Assembly (NCBI RefSeq): GCF_963921235.1
Contig: NC_086097.1
Location: forward strand, 86,678,001 to 86,742,000
DNA: 64,000 bases
Direction of reading: 5' to 3'
Source: Mobula hypostoma
Lineage: Eukaryota
Below the pieces are notes generated by a model. The model saw only the letters and a list, made by a program, of their open reading frames with translations, was not told the origin of the DNA and did no database searches. The translations under genes and the position numbers were made by a program. Of this stretch, positions 1 to 13,684 are shown one piece after another; position 1 is the first letter of the stretch, and every line of letters starts with the position of its first letter.

Positions 1-831
1 AAACAAGAAATTAACTTTTATTGAATATAATGCCTTTAATTGTATAATGGTGTGGACACTTAGCAATAGTTCAACTAAACTGTTTTGTCCATGATTTTTG
101 TTTGTACTCAATGTCTGAGACTTCTCACTTAAGTGTCCAACAATAATCAACCAGCATTGATGGATTCCAGTTACCCTGATACCAATTCTATATGATCACA
201 ATGTACTGTTGAAACCTTTCATCATCCTAGTCACTGACAGTGCCGAGATTTACAAGAAGTCTAAATGGGAATGCAACAAATGTGAGAAGCCCAGGCTTTG
301 GATGTAAAATTGGCACCCCAGACAAAGTAGAGCTCATAGGCTTTCTTAATAAGTGTCATGCTCAATCTTTGCGATTTAAGCGTATACTCACTACAAACAA
401 ATTATCGTGGCTGTTGCAACATTGGCAAGATATTTTGCTGTCACAGATACCTCTGAAAATACAATTACTTTATTATAATGTGCATGCTATGTGTGTAGAG
501 CATGCGCATCAACATGATTGCAAACCAATATACATGTAAACGCAGTGCATAGAATGATATGTGTATGATGCTTTTATTGCCTTTCTAAAACTTGTCCTGC
601 TCTGCAGTATCCACCCTGCCTATGCATGCCCAGGCATGCCTGGACAAGACGGAAAACTTTTCGGCTTACATTGTGGATAACATTTTCATCGACTTGAATT
701 ACGAATTGAAATAACAAATATAGGTGATTACATAAACATTGTGTGTGATAGGGAAATTTCATGATCAACAGCCCAAAATCCATAAGATATAGCCAAAAGT
801 ATTCAGGAAGCAAAATCTTTGTTGTCCAGTG
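1..831 (-). mobile_element. Chapaev3-type (CMC) DNA transposon remnant, internally deleted, running off the window start
   Basis: Terminus TTGTCCAGTG at 822-831 (CACTGGACAA on the minus strand), followed by TTA. The minus strand of ~110-285 encodes a degenerate HSHLDF..NLG.VSD..ERF....YQGNWNPSML.DYCWTLK motif. Homologous to 29285-29670 and 33290-33830. Confidence 0.7.
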
Positions 832-2528
832 TTATAATTACTAATTTGGGTAATTTTAATTTTTTAGTAGCTATTTTTGGATACTCTGCTAACAATGTTA
901 ATATCATTGTATCTTTTCACCTTTTAGAATTTATAGAATGGTTTGCATGTGCGGTTGATGCTTGAGAAATCTTCTTATTAACACAATTCTAATTTGTTTC
1001 ATTTTTATGTGATTAGTAAAAGAACTGAACATGGTACTCTTGGTATGCGAGAGGATTCTTTAAAATTCTTTGGCTCAAAAGTACATTTTGAAGTTGGCAA
1101 TTGTATGTGAAACAAAAAAAAGCTGGATGAATTCCATGGCATTCCCCGATCCAGAGTGTAATTTGATCATCTTTCTCCTTAAGTATATAATATAAACATA
1201 ATACTTGCTATATGTCAATTTTTTGGAAATACACACAGAACATTTAATTTGTTAGCAGTAAATTATCTTCAGACTTCTGTGAGCCTTACTGCTGAAATAC
1301 TACGATCAATCAGTGTGGGAGAAAATGCATTTTGTGTTAGTTTTGTTTGCTGATTGGAATATTTTGCCTGCATTAAATTTTAGTCGACAATACTGTGAAG
1401 TTGTGGAACTTGTGCCACATCTGATGAGTTTAAAAAAAATTAAAATTTACAATTCCTTATGATTCAATGAATGTATTAAGGAAAAAAAAAGGTCAGGCAT
1501 GAAATTGTACTTGGAAGTCTTGAAGCCTTGGAAGGAAGAGACATGGATGCAAGTTCACACTCCACTCTACGTATCTGCTTAACTTCTCAGATTTCCGAAG
1601 CTGGAAGTTATTGAGGGAACAGTTATTGTCTGAATTGGTTCTCCAAAACAAGCTCATTTTGCATGGTCGCTGGAATCCAGAGGGGACAATTTACAGCATA
1701 GTTTTGAATACAAAATGAGCTGACTGGCAGCTATGTAAAATTCTGAGAAATTTGTGATAAATCTTGTAATAGCAATAGATAAAGTTAAAGATCAACTCCC
1801 ACCTCCAGAAAAATTAATATTTATATTAACTTATTTCCAGAGGGAATCAAATCCTTGCATTCTGGTACAGGTAAAAAGCCAAACCAAGTCAAATAATTTT
1901 TTCTTCCACAAGTTGAACTAAGATTATCCAAAGTTTTGGTGGTTCATGCCATTTAGATTTATTAGATTAATTCCTGGGGTGAGGGATTTGTCCTAAGCAA
2001 AATGAGAGGGGAAGTGCAGGGATCATCTATAATTTTATTTTTTTTTGAGGAAATGAATGTTGAAGGCAGATCTGAAGAGAGGGTATCATCTAAATACAGA
2101 GAACTAGTAATTACTGTTTGATGCAGAGTATGCTGAATGGTCAACAAGTTTATTTGGGAATATTTGTGGAAGCGGGAAATGGACATGATGAGGGATATCA
2201 GGAAAGAATACATTGAAAGAAATTCTCGTCTTTTTCCAGAGTCCCCTTCAAATTCTACCTGTTTCACAAAATTTGAAGCACAGCTCATCATTTCCTTCAG
2301 CTTGGTGTAAAATTTAATTTTTGACACTGTGCTGATGCTTGGAATGTCTTATGTTAAAGATGCTATAACATACAAGTGTTGACTTGCTTTCATTTTGGAA
2401 TATGAGATTTAAACTGCTCTTATATTTAAAAAACATGGAATCCGGAAGGATGACTTGACTTTTCTTTATATTCTTGGGTTACAAAAAAGTGTTCTATAAT
2501 CAGCCGACTTAAATGGTTTTACCTGGAT

Positions 2529-5500
2529 GAAGGACGGGTTACACTTGAATCCTAGGGGGACCAATATCCTGGCAGGGAGATTAGCGGGGGCTACTGAGGT
2601 GACTTTAAACTAGAATGGTTGGGGGGTGGGAATCAAATTAAAGAGGCTAGGTGTGAGGAGGTTATTTCACAACAGAGGGATGGGAACCAGTGCAGAGAGA
2701 CAGTGGGGTGTAAAGTGAGGGTAGAAGCAAAAAGTACAAAGGAGAAAAGTAAAAGTGGCAGGCCGACAAATCCAGGGCAAGCATTAAAAAGGGCCACTTT
2801 TCAACATAATTGTATAAGGGCAAAGAGAGTTGTAAAAGAGCGCCTGAAGGCTTTATGTGTCAATGCAAGGAGCATTCGTAATAAGGTGGATGAATTGAAA
2901 GTGCAGATGGTTATTAATGATTATGATATAGTTGGGATCACAGAGACATGGCTCCAGGGTGACCAGGGATGGGAGCTTAACGTTCAGGGATATTCAATAT
3001 TCAGGAGGGATAGACATGAAGGAAGGGGAGGTGGGGTGGCGTTGCTGGTTAAAGAAGAGATTAACGCAATAGAAAGGAAGGACATAAGCCGGGAAGATAT
3101 GGAATTGATATGGGTAGAGCTGCGTAACACCAAGGGGCAGAAGACGCTGGTGGGAGTTGTGTACAGGCCACCTAACAGTAGTAGTGAGGTCGGAGATGGT
3201 ATTAAACAGGAAATTAGAAATGTGTGCAATAAAGGAACAGCAGTTATAATGGGTGACTTCAATCTACATGTAGACTGGGTGAACCAAATTGGTAAAGGTG
3301 CTGAGGAAGAGGATTTCTTGGAATGTATGCGGGATGGTTTTTTGAACCAACATGTCGAGGAACCGACTAGAGAGCAGGCTATTCTGGACTGGGTTTTGAG
3401 CAATGAGGAAGGGTTAATTAGCGATCTTGTCGTGAGAGGCCCCTTGGGTGAGAGTGACCATAATATGGTGGAATTCTTCATTAAGATGGAGAGTGACATA
3501 GTTAATTCAGAAACAAAGGTTCTGAACTTAAAGAGGGGTGACTTTGAAGGTATGAGACGTGAATTAGCTAAGATAGACTGACAAATGACACTTAAAGGAT
3601 TGACGGTGGATATGCAATGGCAAGCATTTAAAGGTTGCATGGATGAACTACAACAATTGTTCATTCCAGTTTGGCAAAAGAATAAATCAAGGAAGGTAGT
3701 GCACCCGTGGCTGACAAGAGAAATTAGGGATAGTATCAATTCCAAAGAAGAAGCATACAAATTAGCCAGAGAAAGTGGCTCACCTGAGGACTGGGAGAAA
3801 TTCAGAGTTCAGCAGAGGAGGACAAAGGGCTTAATTAGGAAGGGGAAAAAAGATTATGAGAGAAAATTGGCAGGGAACATAAAAACGGACTGTAAAAGCT
3901 TTTATAGATATGTAAAAAGGAAAAGACTGGTAAAGACAAATGTAGGTCCCCTGCAGACAGAAACAGGCGAATTGATTATGGGGAGCAAGGACATGGCAGA
4001 CCAATTGAATAATTACTTTGGTTCTGTCTTCACTGAGGAGGACATAAATAATCTTCCAGAAATAGTAAGGGACAGAGGGTCCAGTGAGATGGAGGAACTG
4101 AGCGAAATACATGTTAGTAGGGAAGTGGTGTTAGGTAAATTGAAGGGATTGAAGGCAGATAAATCCCCAGGGCCAGATGGTCTGCATCCTAGAGTGCTTA
4201 AAGAAGTAGCCCAAGAAATAGTGGATGCATTAGTGATAATTTTTCAAAACTCGTTAGATTCTGGACTAGTTCCTGAGGATTGGAGGGTGGCTAATGTAAC
4301 CCCACTTTTTAAAAAAGGAGGGAGAGAGAAACCGGGGAATTATAGACCGGTTAGCCTAACGTCGGTGGTGGGGAAACTGCTGGAGTCAGTTATCAAGGAT
4401 GTGATAACAGCACATTTGGAAAGCGGTGAAATGATCGGACAAAGTCAGCATGGATTTGTGAAAGGAAAATCATGTCTGACGAATCTCATAGAATTTTTTG
4501 AGGATGTAACTAGTAGAGTGGATAGGGGAGAACCAGTGGATGTGGTATATTTGGATTTTCAAAAGGCTTTTGACAAGGTCCCACACAGGAGATTAGTGTG
4601 CAAACTTAAAGCACACGGTATTGGGGGTAAGGTATTGGTGTGGGTGGAGAATTGGTTAGCAGACAGGAAGCAAAAAGTGGGAATAAACGGGACCTTTTCA
4701 GAATGGCAGGCGGTGACTAGTGGGGTACCGCAAGGCTCAGTGCTGGGACCCCAGTTGTTTACAATATATATTAATGACTTGGATGAGGGAATTAAATGCA
4801 ACATCTCCAAGTTTGCGGATGACACGAAGCTGGGTGGCAGTGTCAGCAGTGAGGAGGATGCTAAGAGGATGCAGGGTGACTTGGATAGGTTGGGTGAGTG
4901 GGCAAATTCATGGCAGATGCAATTTAATGTGGATAAATGTGAAGTTATCCACTTTGGTAGCAAAAATAGGAAAACAGATTATTATCTGAATGGTGGCCGA
5001 TTAGGAAAAGGGGAGGTGCAACGAGACCTGGGTGTCATTATACACCAGTCATTGAAAGAGGGCATGCAGGTACAGCAGGCGGTGAAAAAGGCGAATGGTA
5101 TGCTGGCATTTATAGCGAGAGGATTCGAGTACAGGAGCAGGGAGGTACTACTGCAGTTGTACAAGGCCTTGGTGAGACCACACCTGGAGTATTGTGTGCA
5201 GTTTTGGTCCCCTAATCTGAGGAAAGACATCCTTGCCATAGAGGGAGTACAAAGAAGGTTCACCAGATTGATTCCTGGGATGGCAGGACTTTCATATGAA
5301 GAAAGACTGGATGAATTGGGCTTGTACTCATTGGAATTTAGAAGATTGAGGGGGGGATCTGATTGAAACGTATAAGATCCTAAAGGGATTGGACAGGCTA
5401 GATGCAGGAAGATTGTTTCCGATGTTGGGGAAGTCCAGAACGAGGGGTCACAGTTTGAGGATAGAGGGGAAGCCTTTTAGGACCGAGATTAGGAAAAACT

Positions 5501-5744
5501 TCTTCACACAGAGAGTGGTGAATCTGTGGAATTCTCTGCCACAGGAAACAGTTGAGGCCAGTTCATTGGCTATATTTAAGAGGGAGTTAGATATGGCTCT
5601 TGTGGCTACGGGGGTCAGGGGGTATGGAGGGAAGGCTGGGGCGGGGTTCTGAGTTGGATGATCAGCCATGATCATAATAAATGGCGGTGCAGGCTCGAAG
5701 GGCTGAATGGCCTACTCCTGCACCTATTTTCTATGTTTCTATGT
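2529..5744 (+). mobile_element. CR1 LINE, 5'-truncated but young (end of ORF1, complete ORF2, 3' tail)
   Basis: KDGLHLNPRGTNILAG (end of an esterase-type ORF1), APE endonuclease, RT, and a (TTCTATGT)2 tail. Confidence 0.95.
2844..5652 (+). pseudogene. CR1 ORF2 (APE endonuclease + reverse transcriptase) with two lesions
   Basis: Motifs GITETW, MGDFN, SDHN, PQGSVLGP and KFADD. In-frame TGA at 3579-3581 (where TGG is expected) and a +1 frameshift in the G7 run at 5350-5356. Confidence 0.92.
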
Positions 5745-6269
5745 ACGAGTTTGCAGCCCAATGCCAGAAAACTGATTTACCGGATTAGTACAGAATTAGA
5801 AGGAGCTAACATGGATTCTATGAATAAACACAGCACATTTTTAAAAATCTGTTTGGAGTGACTCTTTCAAGTTCTGACAAATATTTGGATCTTTGAATAT
5901 CCCTTTTCTGTGATGAAGGCCTCTCTAAACTTTTTGGTTTTGTTCTTGGATCCTATGTGTTATGCAAAATTGTTGGCTGAATTAAACTACTTCACTGCTA
6001 TTCTGAATTATCCCTGTCTTTTTGGCCAAGGGCAATTGTTTGTCTTGCTTTGAGCTTTCAGAAACAGATTGTTTCTTCCCCTCCCTTCCCTCCAACTCTT
6101 TCCAAAGAGTTTTCGAAGTTGTTTACTTGGATTTAGAGCACTGCTTTACATGTAATACACTTATCTGGAATACATTTGAAGTGAGTTTTGAAACTATGTT
6201 CTGATAAAAACTAAATTTTAAAAAGTGAGAAACTTACTACCAGCCAAGTAGCTTCACAATCAACTGACT

Positions 6270-7135
6270 TATTTTATTGTTCTGTACCTCATGGTTGAGA
6301 ATCCTGAAACCTGTCTGGGTTGTAGGGGCTCCGTACAGATGAGTGCTGCACTAGTTGCCTCCATCTCTCATGGACATGGGCAAGTGCCTGGGTTGTAGTA
6401 CAGCTCTTTCTAGTCCACTCTGCAATATTGTCTGCCCATTTCTTCCTCTGTCTGCCCTTTTTCCTTTTCCCTTGCACCGTTCTCTGAAGAATGATCTTTG
6501 GGAGTCCGCTTGATCTCATTATGTGGCCATACCTTCTCAGTTCCCTCTTCTTTACTGTGGACAGTAGATCTTCAGAGGGTCTCATGTGCTGGGTGATGGT
6601 TCTTTGTACTTCGTTATTTGTAACAGGGTCTATATAGGAGATACCGGGAGCTTTCTGAAGCATTTCATTTCTACTGCCTGGATCATCTTTTGCAGTTCTG
6701 CTGTCAAAGTCCATGATTTGCATGCCTACAAGTAGATGGAGAGCACAAGTGCATGTAGGAGTTTCAACTTGAATCTGCAAACGATGTTATTGTCCCTCCA
6801 GATTAGTTTTAGTTTAGCCATCATTGCTGTTGTTTGGGCTGTCCTTGGAAGGACTTCAGGCTTTGATCCTTCTTGATTGATGATGGCGCCAAGATATTTA
6901 AACCGTTTGACAGTCTGTAGTTCTTGTCTACTGACTTTTTTGTTGTGATTGGCTCCTCACTGTTTCTTATCAGCTTGATTTTCTCTGCGCTGATCTCTAT
7001 GCCATATCTGGTAGATGTATCATCCAGACAGTTCACAAGGCAGGCCAATTCATCCGCACTTCCTGTGCATGAGCAATGTCATCAGCAAACCTGCGGTTGA
7101 TTCTGATCTGTCCTCCAATGCCAACTGCTCCGAAA
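6270..7135 (-). mobile_element. RTE-clade LINE 3' fragment
   Basis: The minus strand encodes RFADD, YGIEISAEKIK and GHIMRSSGLPKIILQRTVQGKRKKGRQRKKWADNI, the typical RTE C-terminus. Frameshifted. Confidence 0.8.
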
Positions 7136-7904
7136 CCTCAGTTTTTTTAAAAAAAACAAAATAATTTGTGATAGTTATGCCCAAAGTCTACTCAACCTTT
7201 TAGCAAGATGAAGCGCATGTTGCAGATCAGTCCCAACATCCCTTGTTTTCTTTGGGGCTGAAAAATCTCATCTTGATCTTGAATGTACTCTCAAATTGAA
7301 GGAATACCAAATATTCACAGCCTGGGTAAAGAAGTTATTCCCCTCATTTCAATGCTAAAATGATGACCCAAGTTCCTGAGTAATGCCTCCCTTCCCCCCC
7401 CCCCCATGTTACCTCTCATTTTTCTGAACTTGTAGAATTATAGATCCATTCTACTTATTACTTTTAATTGCATAGGTGTGACGTGTATTAATTGTCATAC
7501 CCTCAAAATAACTTTAGATTTATGCAAATTTATCTGCATCCTACAGGTATCTCATTCTTTATTCATTTTTCATTCATGCTGAAAAAAGGTAAATGGCAGT
7601 CAGCACTTTATCTCCTGCCTCTGAGAATCCGTTATTCTCACTGGATATGCAGTTTGCTTGATAACATTTTCAAGGATCACCTACAGAAAGCAAATCATAT
7701 TGGAAATGTTGCAGAGCCAAGCAAGTCATTTGTGTAGTTTTCTCAGCACCTGGTGAACTGAATACTGCCCAGAGTTTGGGGCAATATTTGCAAGGCAGCA
7801 ATGTTTTAAAGACTTAAAGTGGGGTGGTTAGAGATGAGGGAGTAATTGCAAAGGCTTCAGAGCAAGAGGCTTTATTTAGGAGAATAATGGTGGCAGCTTT
7901 TGCT

Positions 7905-8284
7905 ATCTCAAAGTGCAAAGTAAATTTGATATCCAAGTGCATATGTAAACATATACCACCGTGAGAGCCATTTTCTTGCAGGCATTCACAGTAGAACAAA
8001 TACAATGCAAATCAATAAAGACTGTACAAAGCCTGACAATCAATGCACAAAAGACAACACCATGCAAATACCAAAAAAAAACAAAAATAATAATAAATAA
8101 TACAGAGAACATGAGTTTTAGAGTCATGAAAGTGAGTCCACAAATTACGGAATCAGTTCAGTGTCCAGTGAAGTTATCTATGTGGTTCAGAGGCCTGATG
8201 GTTGGAGGGTAATAACTGTTTCTGAATCTGGTGGTGTAGGATCCAAGGCTTCTGTACCCTTTTCCCAGTGGCAGCAGCGAGAAG
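7905..8284 (-). mobile_element. Rex1/Babar LINE 3' end (outer host of the nest; resumes at ~16215-16315)
   Basis: 3' UTR and tail of the same kind as other Rex1 copies. It breaks at CAGCGAGAAG and continues with GCATCACCTGGGTGGTGGG...GATGATGGAT at ~16220. Confidence 0.65.
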
Positions 8285-8712
8285 TGATTTCCTCACTTGC
8301 AGACTCCATTCAGTTCAGATTGGCTAAAACATCTCCTCCGCGATATCCATCAGCACAGGTCTACCAGAAAGCTGTGTGCTTAGCCCCCTGTATACTCATG
8401 ACTGAAGCTAAGCCCAGTTCCAATGCCATATTTAAGTTTGCTGATGACACCACTGTCATTAACTAATAAAAGGTGGTGACGAATTAGTATATAGGAGGGA
8501 GATTGAAAATCTGGCTTAGTGGTGCCACAATAACAACCTCTCACTCAATGTCAGCAAGACCAAGGAGCAGATTATTGAGTTCAGGAGGTGGAAACCTGAG
8601 GTTCATGAGCCAGTCCTCATCAGGGGATTAAAGATAAGGAGGTTCAGTAACTGTAAATTCCTCTCATCATTTCAGAGTATCTACCCTGGGCCCAGCATGC
8701 AAATGCCATTAA

Positions 8713-9035
8713 ATAGAACATAGAAATCCATAGCACATTACAGGCCCTTCGACCTACAATGTTGTGCTGACCAAGTAACCTACTCTAGAAACTGCCTATA
8801 ATTTCTCTACTGCATAGCCCTCTATTTCGAAGCTCCATGTATCTAAGAGCCTCTTAAAAGACCCCATTGTATCAGCCTCTACCACCGTTACTGGCAGTGC
8901 ATTCCATGCACCCACCACTGAAAAACTTGCCTCTGACATTCCCCTGTACCTACTTCGAAGCACCTTAAAACTATGTCCCCTCGTGTTAGCCATTTCAGCC
9001 CCGGGATAAAGCCCTTCATCATCTTATATACCTAG
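8713..9035 (-). mobile_element. CR1 3' fragment
   Basis: NTRGHSFKV..WNALP motif and an ATAGAACATAGAA tail. Homologous to 56393-56750. Confidence 0.85.
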
Positions 9036-9535
9036 ATGATTTACCTGTACAGTTGCACCTGTACTTTCTTAGAGTATTTGGCATGACATCTAAAACTTTG
9101 ATAAATTTCAACAGATGTGTGGAGGAGAGTATATTGACTGGTTGCATCACTGCCTGGTATGGAAATACCAACTTCCTTGAAGAGAAAATCCTTCAAAAAA
9201 ACTAGTGGACATAGCCCAGCCAATCAGGGGTAAAGCTCTCCCCACTATTGAGCTCATGTATACAGAGCGCTGTTGCAGGAAAACAGCATCCATCAAGGAC
9301 ACTCAGCATCCAGACCACGCTGTGTTCTCACTGCTGCCATCAGGAGCCTGAGCACCCACAGCACCAGGTGCAGGAATAGTTATTAATCTCAACCATCAGG
9401 CTCTTGAACCAATGGGAATAACTTTACTCAACTTCACTCGCCCCAACACTGAACTGTTCCTACAACCCCTCAACTCACTTTGAAGGACTTCATGTTCTTG
9501 ATGTTACTTATTTAATTTATTATCATTATTAATTA

Positions 9536-10589
9536 CTAGACAACAGGGTGACCCGTTGGGGCACCCTATGAGAGAAGGGTAGTGCATTCTGATGTGACCA
9601 GAATGAACATTAAATTTTCCTGAATGCTATTGGTGTTGCTTTGTTTTGGAAACTGAAGTCGAAACCCTCAGCTTATTAAAGAAGAACGACGCGTAGCAAA
9701 GCAAATATAGTTGCTCCTCATTTAACGAAGGACACTTTTGATAGCATCATTTCTGGTTAATCTGCCACCCTTCTGCCTCTCTTTGCCATTCTGGAGACGT
9801 GCAGCCCTTTCATCCCCTGTCTCTTCAGCTCTTCTGCTGTTTGTTGTTTGTCTCTGATCCCGGAGACGTGCATGCCTCTCCTCCTTTGTTTCTTCTTCTC
9901 TCATCTTTCTTTGTCCTGACTCTTTGATCCTGGAGTCGTGCGGCCCTGGCCTCATCCGATTCTTGTTCTCTCCCTCTACTTGCTGCTTCCCGATGACGTT
10001 TGGCATCATCTCTTGACCATAATGTCCCCCTTCCCTTTCCATGCAGCATAATTAGGCTGACCATTTTTTTTTACCCTAATGCTGGATAGAAGATACGAAG
10101 CAGTAACACCAAAGGATGCTGATTATTCTTGATGATGTGGTTGGCGCTCTCCTAAATGGACGTGATATAGTCACCGCTGTCCTTTGACTACAGCAAAGGG
10201 TTTTGTGGGTGTCTCGAAGTACATCATTACAATAAGATTTAATTATCTCTTATTGATGGGTGGCAGTTAGATCTGTCTGAATCCTGCACATGCTGATGGT
10301 GATTAACAGAATGCGACCCTCGAAATAGAGCTGCTCCAGTAGGTGTCGCTGCTGAGGCGTCCCAATTTTCATGATGGCGGATCAGCTCTCGGGTTAAAAG
10401 GGAGCCTGTTGATTTTTGGCAAATGAGCAATGTTATACGAATATATAACCCTGAACTTTGCCTGCATTCTGTAATTTAGCGCATTTTAATTCGACTTAGC
10501 CAAAAAAAGTGCCGCTGTAATGCACCGTTTGCACTAATTGGAGGTCACAAACAGACAGAGAAAGCATGAGAATTTTAGTAGTATATAGA
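9536..10589 (-). mobile_element. Non-autonomous Helitron
   Basis: The minus strand starts TC (A|TCTATATAC) and ends CTAG|T, with a subterminal hairpin GGGTGCCCCAACGGGTCACCC about 10 nt from the end. No TSD, inserted in AT. It holds a remnant of charged EE(R/A)ARL(Q/R)DQR repeats like RepHel N-termini. Confidence 0.8.
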
Positions 10590-10707
10590 TATTCAGTTTT
10601 GTCTTTTGCCCATTGGTTGCTTGTACGTCTTATTGGGGCACACTCTCACTGATTCTATTGTTAGGTTTGCTGTGTATGCTGGCAAGAAAATGAATCTCAA
10701 GGTTATA

Positions 10708-10773
10708 CAGTACTGTGCAAAAGTCTAGACACCCTTGCTATGTATACATGTCCAAGACTTCTGCACAGTACTG
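10708..10773. mobile_element. 66-bp Tc1/mariner-type MITE
   Basis: TIRs CAGTACTGTGCAAAAGTC / GACTTCTGCACAGTACTG, flanked by TA on both sides. Confidence 0.8.
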
Positions 10774-11317
10774 TATGCAATGCCCTGGTTAAAAACACGT
10801 TTCATTGTATTGTTGTACTGATAAGTGTTCTAATTTTCTGTAGCTTTTCTATAAAACACAGTGTTCTGTTAATTAAGCTTCACAGTTCAGTGTTTTGCTT
10901 TTTGGCAAGATAGGGAGTTGTTTGCAAAGTTTAATGATGCTGTGTCAGTCAATCGGGTTTGTCTTGATAACATTCTGTCCAGTGGGATGCCATGAAACAG
11001 TCAAGAGAGTTTGGTGGCATCAGACTTCCTGGAGACAGTGGGTTGGTTTTGGGTCTTTGGTTGGCAGGGGTAGGAGGAAGGAGATGCGGAGAAGAGCACA
11101 AGCGAAGATGTTGGCAGAACCCTGCCTGAAGGAGAAGACCCTGTATTAAAATGTGCTTTGTGCAGACGAGTGATTACAAGGAGGGAGTGCCAATGCTTCT
11201 GAGCTAGACCATTAGTTTGTAATGGTCTTTGAGGAATGCTCCAACTGTGGCTAGTGTTCACACAAACCATGGGTTCAGTGTGTGAGTATTTAAAGTGAAG
11301 CACCCAACTATCTGGAA

Positions 11318-13684
11318 CAGTGGTCCCCAACCACCGGGCCACAAAACATGTGCTACTGGGCCGTGAGGAAACGATATGATTTGGTGATATGAAGCGATAT
11401 GGGTCAGCTGCACCTTTCCTCATTCCCTGTCATGCCCACTGTTGAGCTTGAACACACAGGAGATCATTACTCACGCGGTCATCAGTCGGTATGAGATAAA
11501 AAAAATAAACGTTGCTTGAGAGTTTCTTTGGAAAAGGACATAAAAGGCCTAACGATGATGATAACGCAGAGACAGAGACTGCAAAAGAAAAGAAAGCTTC
11601 CTTCAACAGAAAATACGATGAGTCGTACATAAAATATAGCTTTGTTGCGACTGGTGACTCGCACGCTCCAAGACCCCTGTGTGTGATATGTGGAGACAAG
11701 CTGTCTAATGGGGCAAAGAAGCCTTCAAAGCTGCTTCGGCACCTTGAGTCCAAGCACCCTGCACTTAAAGACAAACCCATTGAGTTTTTTGAGCGGAAAA
11801 AATGTGAGCAAGCGGGACAGTAGCAAGTACTGAGAGCCACCACCTCCACAAATGCTGCTGCTCTGAGAGTGTCGTACTTAGTGGCTAGCCATATTGCTAA
11901 GGCTAAGAAGCCTTTCACTGTTGGTGAAGAATTGATTCTGCCTGCTGCCAAGGACATGTGCTGTGAACTGTTGGGAGAAGCTGCAACTAACAAGATGGCA
12001 CATGCTTCTCTTTCAGCTACCACAATTTCAAGGAGAATCGACGACATAGTGGAGGACATCGAAGCACAGCTGTTGGAACGAGTCACCATGGTATGCTATG
12101 CAGGTCGACGAGTCTACCGATGTCAACAACAAGGCAATACTGCTGGTTTATGTGCGATATATATTTCAAGACGATGTGCAGGAGGATATGTTGTGTGTAC
12201 TGCTGCTGCCAACTAACAGAACTGAGGCAGAGCTATTCAAGCCTTTTAATGACTACATGTCAGGCAAACTGGGCTGGTCATTCTGTGTTGAAATATGCAC
12301 AGAAGGGGCGGCAGCTATGACCGGATGGCTGTCTGGTTTCACTACCCGAGTCAAAGAGGTTGCTCCTGAATGCCAGTCTACACACTGTGTCATACACAGG
12401 GAAATGCTGGCTAGCTAAGAAATGTCACCTGGTCTTAACAGCGTATTGAGTGACATTGTTGAAGTTATCAATCACATCAAAGCAAAAGCCCTTAACTCAC
12501 GTCTGTTTGAGCAGCTTTGCGAGGAAATGGATGCAGAGCACAAATGCCTTCTCTTTCACACTGAAGTCATGTGGCTATCAAGGGGGAGAGCCCTGGCCAG
12601 GGTTTTTGAGTTAAGAGAGCAGTTACAGAGAATTCTTTCAGGAAAAAAGTCACCACTGGCAGCACACTTCCAATGATGAGGAGTGGATAGCAAAACTCGC
12701 TTATCTGTATGACATCTTCAACCTGCTCAATGAACTCAATTTGTCACTTCAGGGGAGAATGACAACTGTCTTCAAGTTGGCAGATAAAGTGTCTGCTTTC
12801 AAAGCCAAACTGGAACTGTGGGGACAACGAGTAGACAGGAGCATATTTGACATGTTCCCAACATTAGCTGGGATTTTGGGAGAGATTGAGGCTGCACCGT
12901 TTTTCTCACAGCTGGTGGTGCGCGATCACCTAACTTCGCTGTTGACAGAATTCAAGTGTTACTTCCCAACCGCAAATGACCCAAGACATACAAAGGAATG
13001 GGTCCGTGACCCATTTGTGAATATTCCCAGTGAATCATCCATGACAGCGCGGGAAGATGATCAACTCTTTGAGCTTGCAAATGACTGTGGGCTGAGAAGT
13101 ATGTTTGACATAACATCTCTGCCGGCGTTCTGGATCAAAGTCAAGGCTGAATATCCTGAGATAGCCGTGAAAGCACTGAAAACGTTGCTTCCATTTCCAA
13201 CATCATACCTCTGCGAAGCAGGATTTTCTGCAATGAATCCTTCGAAGACTAAATTGCGGAATAGACAGGACATAAGGAACCCCTTTCGAGTATCACTGTC
13301 TCCTATCACCCCTCGATGGGACAGTCTTGTTGCAGGGAAACAAGCCCAGGGCTCCCACTGATTCAGTGATATTGGTGTGTTGCAATGATTTTGTATGTTC
13401 ATATGAGGAAAATATACGCTGTGTTTAATATCCAAACGTTACTTAAATGTTCTGATGCTGTTGACTTAGTTGAGTTATCACTATATTCATGGGAGGAAAA
13501 TATGCGCTGCGTATTTAATATTAAATTCGTTAGATAAACCCTTTTAGAAACAAAATTGAATGTATTATTAGCCACTTATAAGTGACTAATAGTTTCACCT
13601 ATATTCCGGCCATGATTATCAGTCCGCAAGAATATTGTCAATATTAAACTGGTCTGCAGTGCAAAAAAAGATTGGAGACCCCTG
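11318..13684 (+). mobile_element. Full-length hAT (Charlie/Buster) transposon with a decayed transposase (~11500-13361)
   Basis: TIRs CAGTGGTCCCCAA / TTGGAGACCCCTG and a perfect 8-bp TSD ATCTGGAA (11310-11317, 13685-13692). BED finger CVIC..RHLESKH, QVDESTD, HCVIHRE and SYLCEAGFS, with several stops and frameshifts. Confidence 0.95.

Noticed and set aside
1962..2327. 121-aa minus-strand ORF
   Set aside because: No recognisable domain or splice context, so probably chance or a decayed repeat.
2984..5675. Minus-strand ORFs (258, 134, 93 aa and others)
   Set aside because: They are antisense shadows of CR1 ORF2. The same applies to many short ORFs over other LINEs.
11500..13361. Domesticated ZBED5/SCAND3-like gene
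   Set aside because: Multiple stops and frameshifts, together with retained TIRs and TSD, indicate a dead transposon copy.
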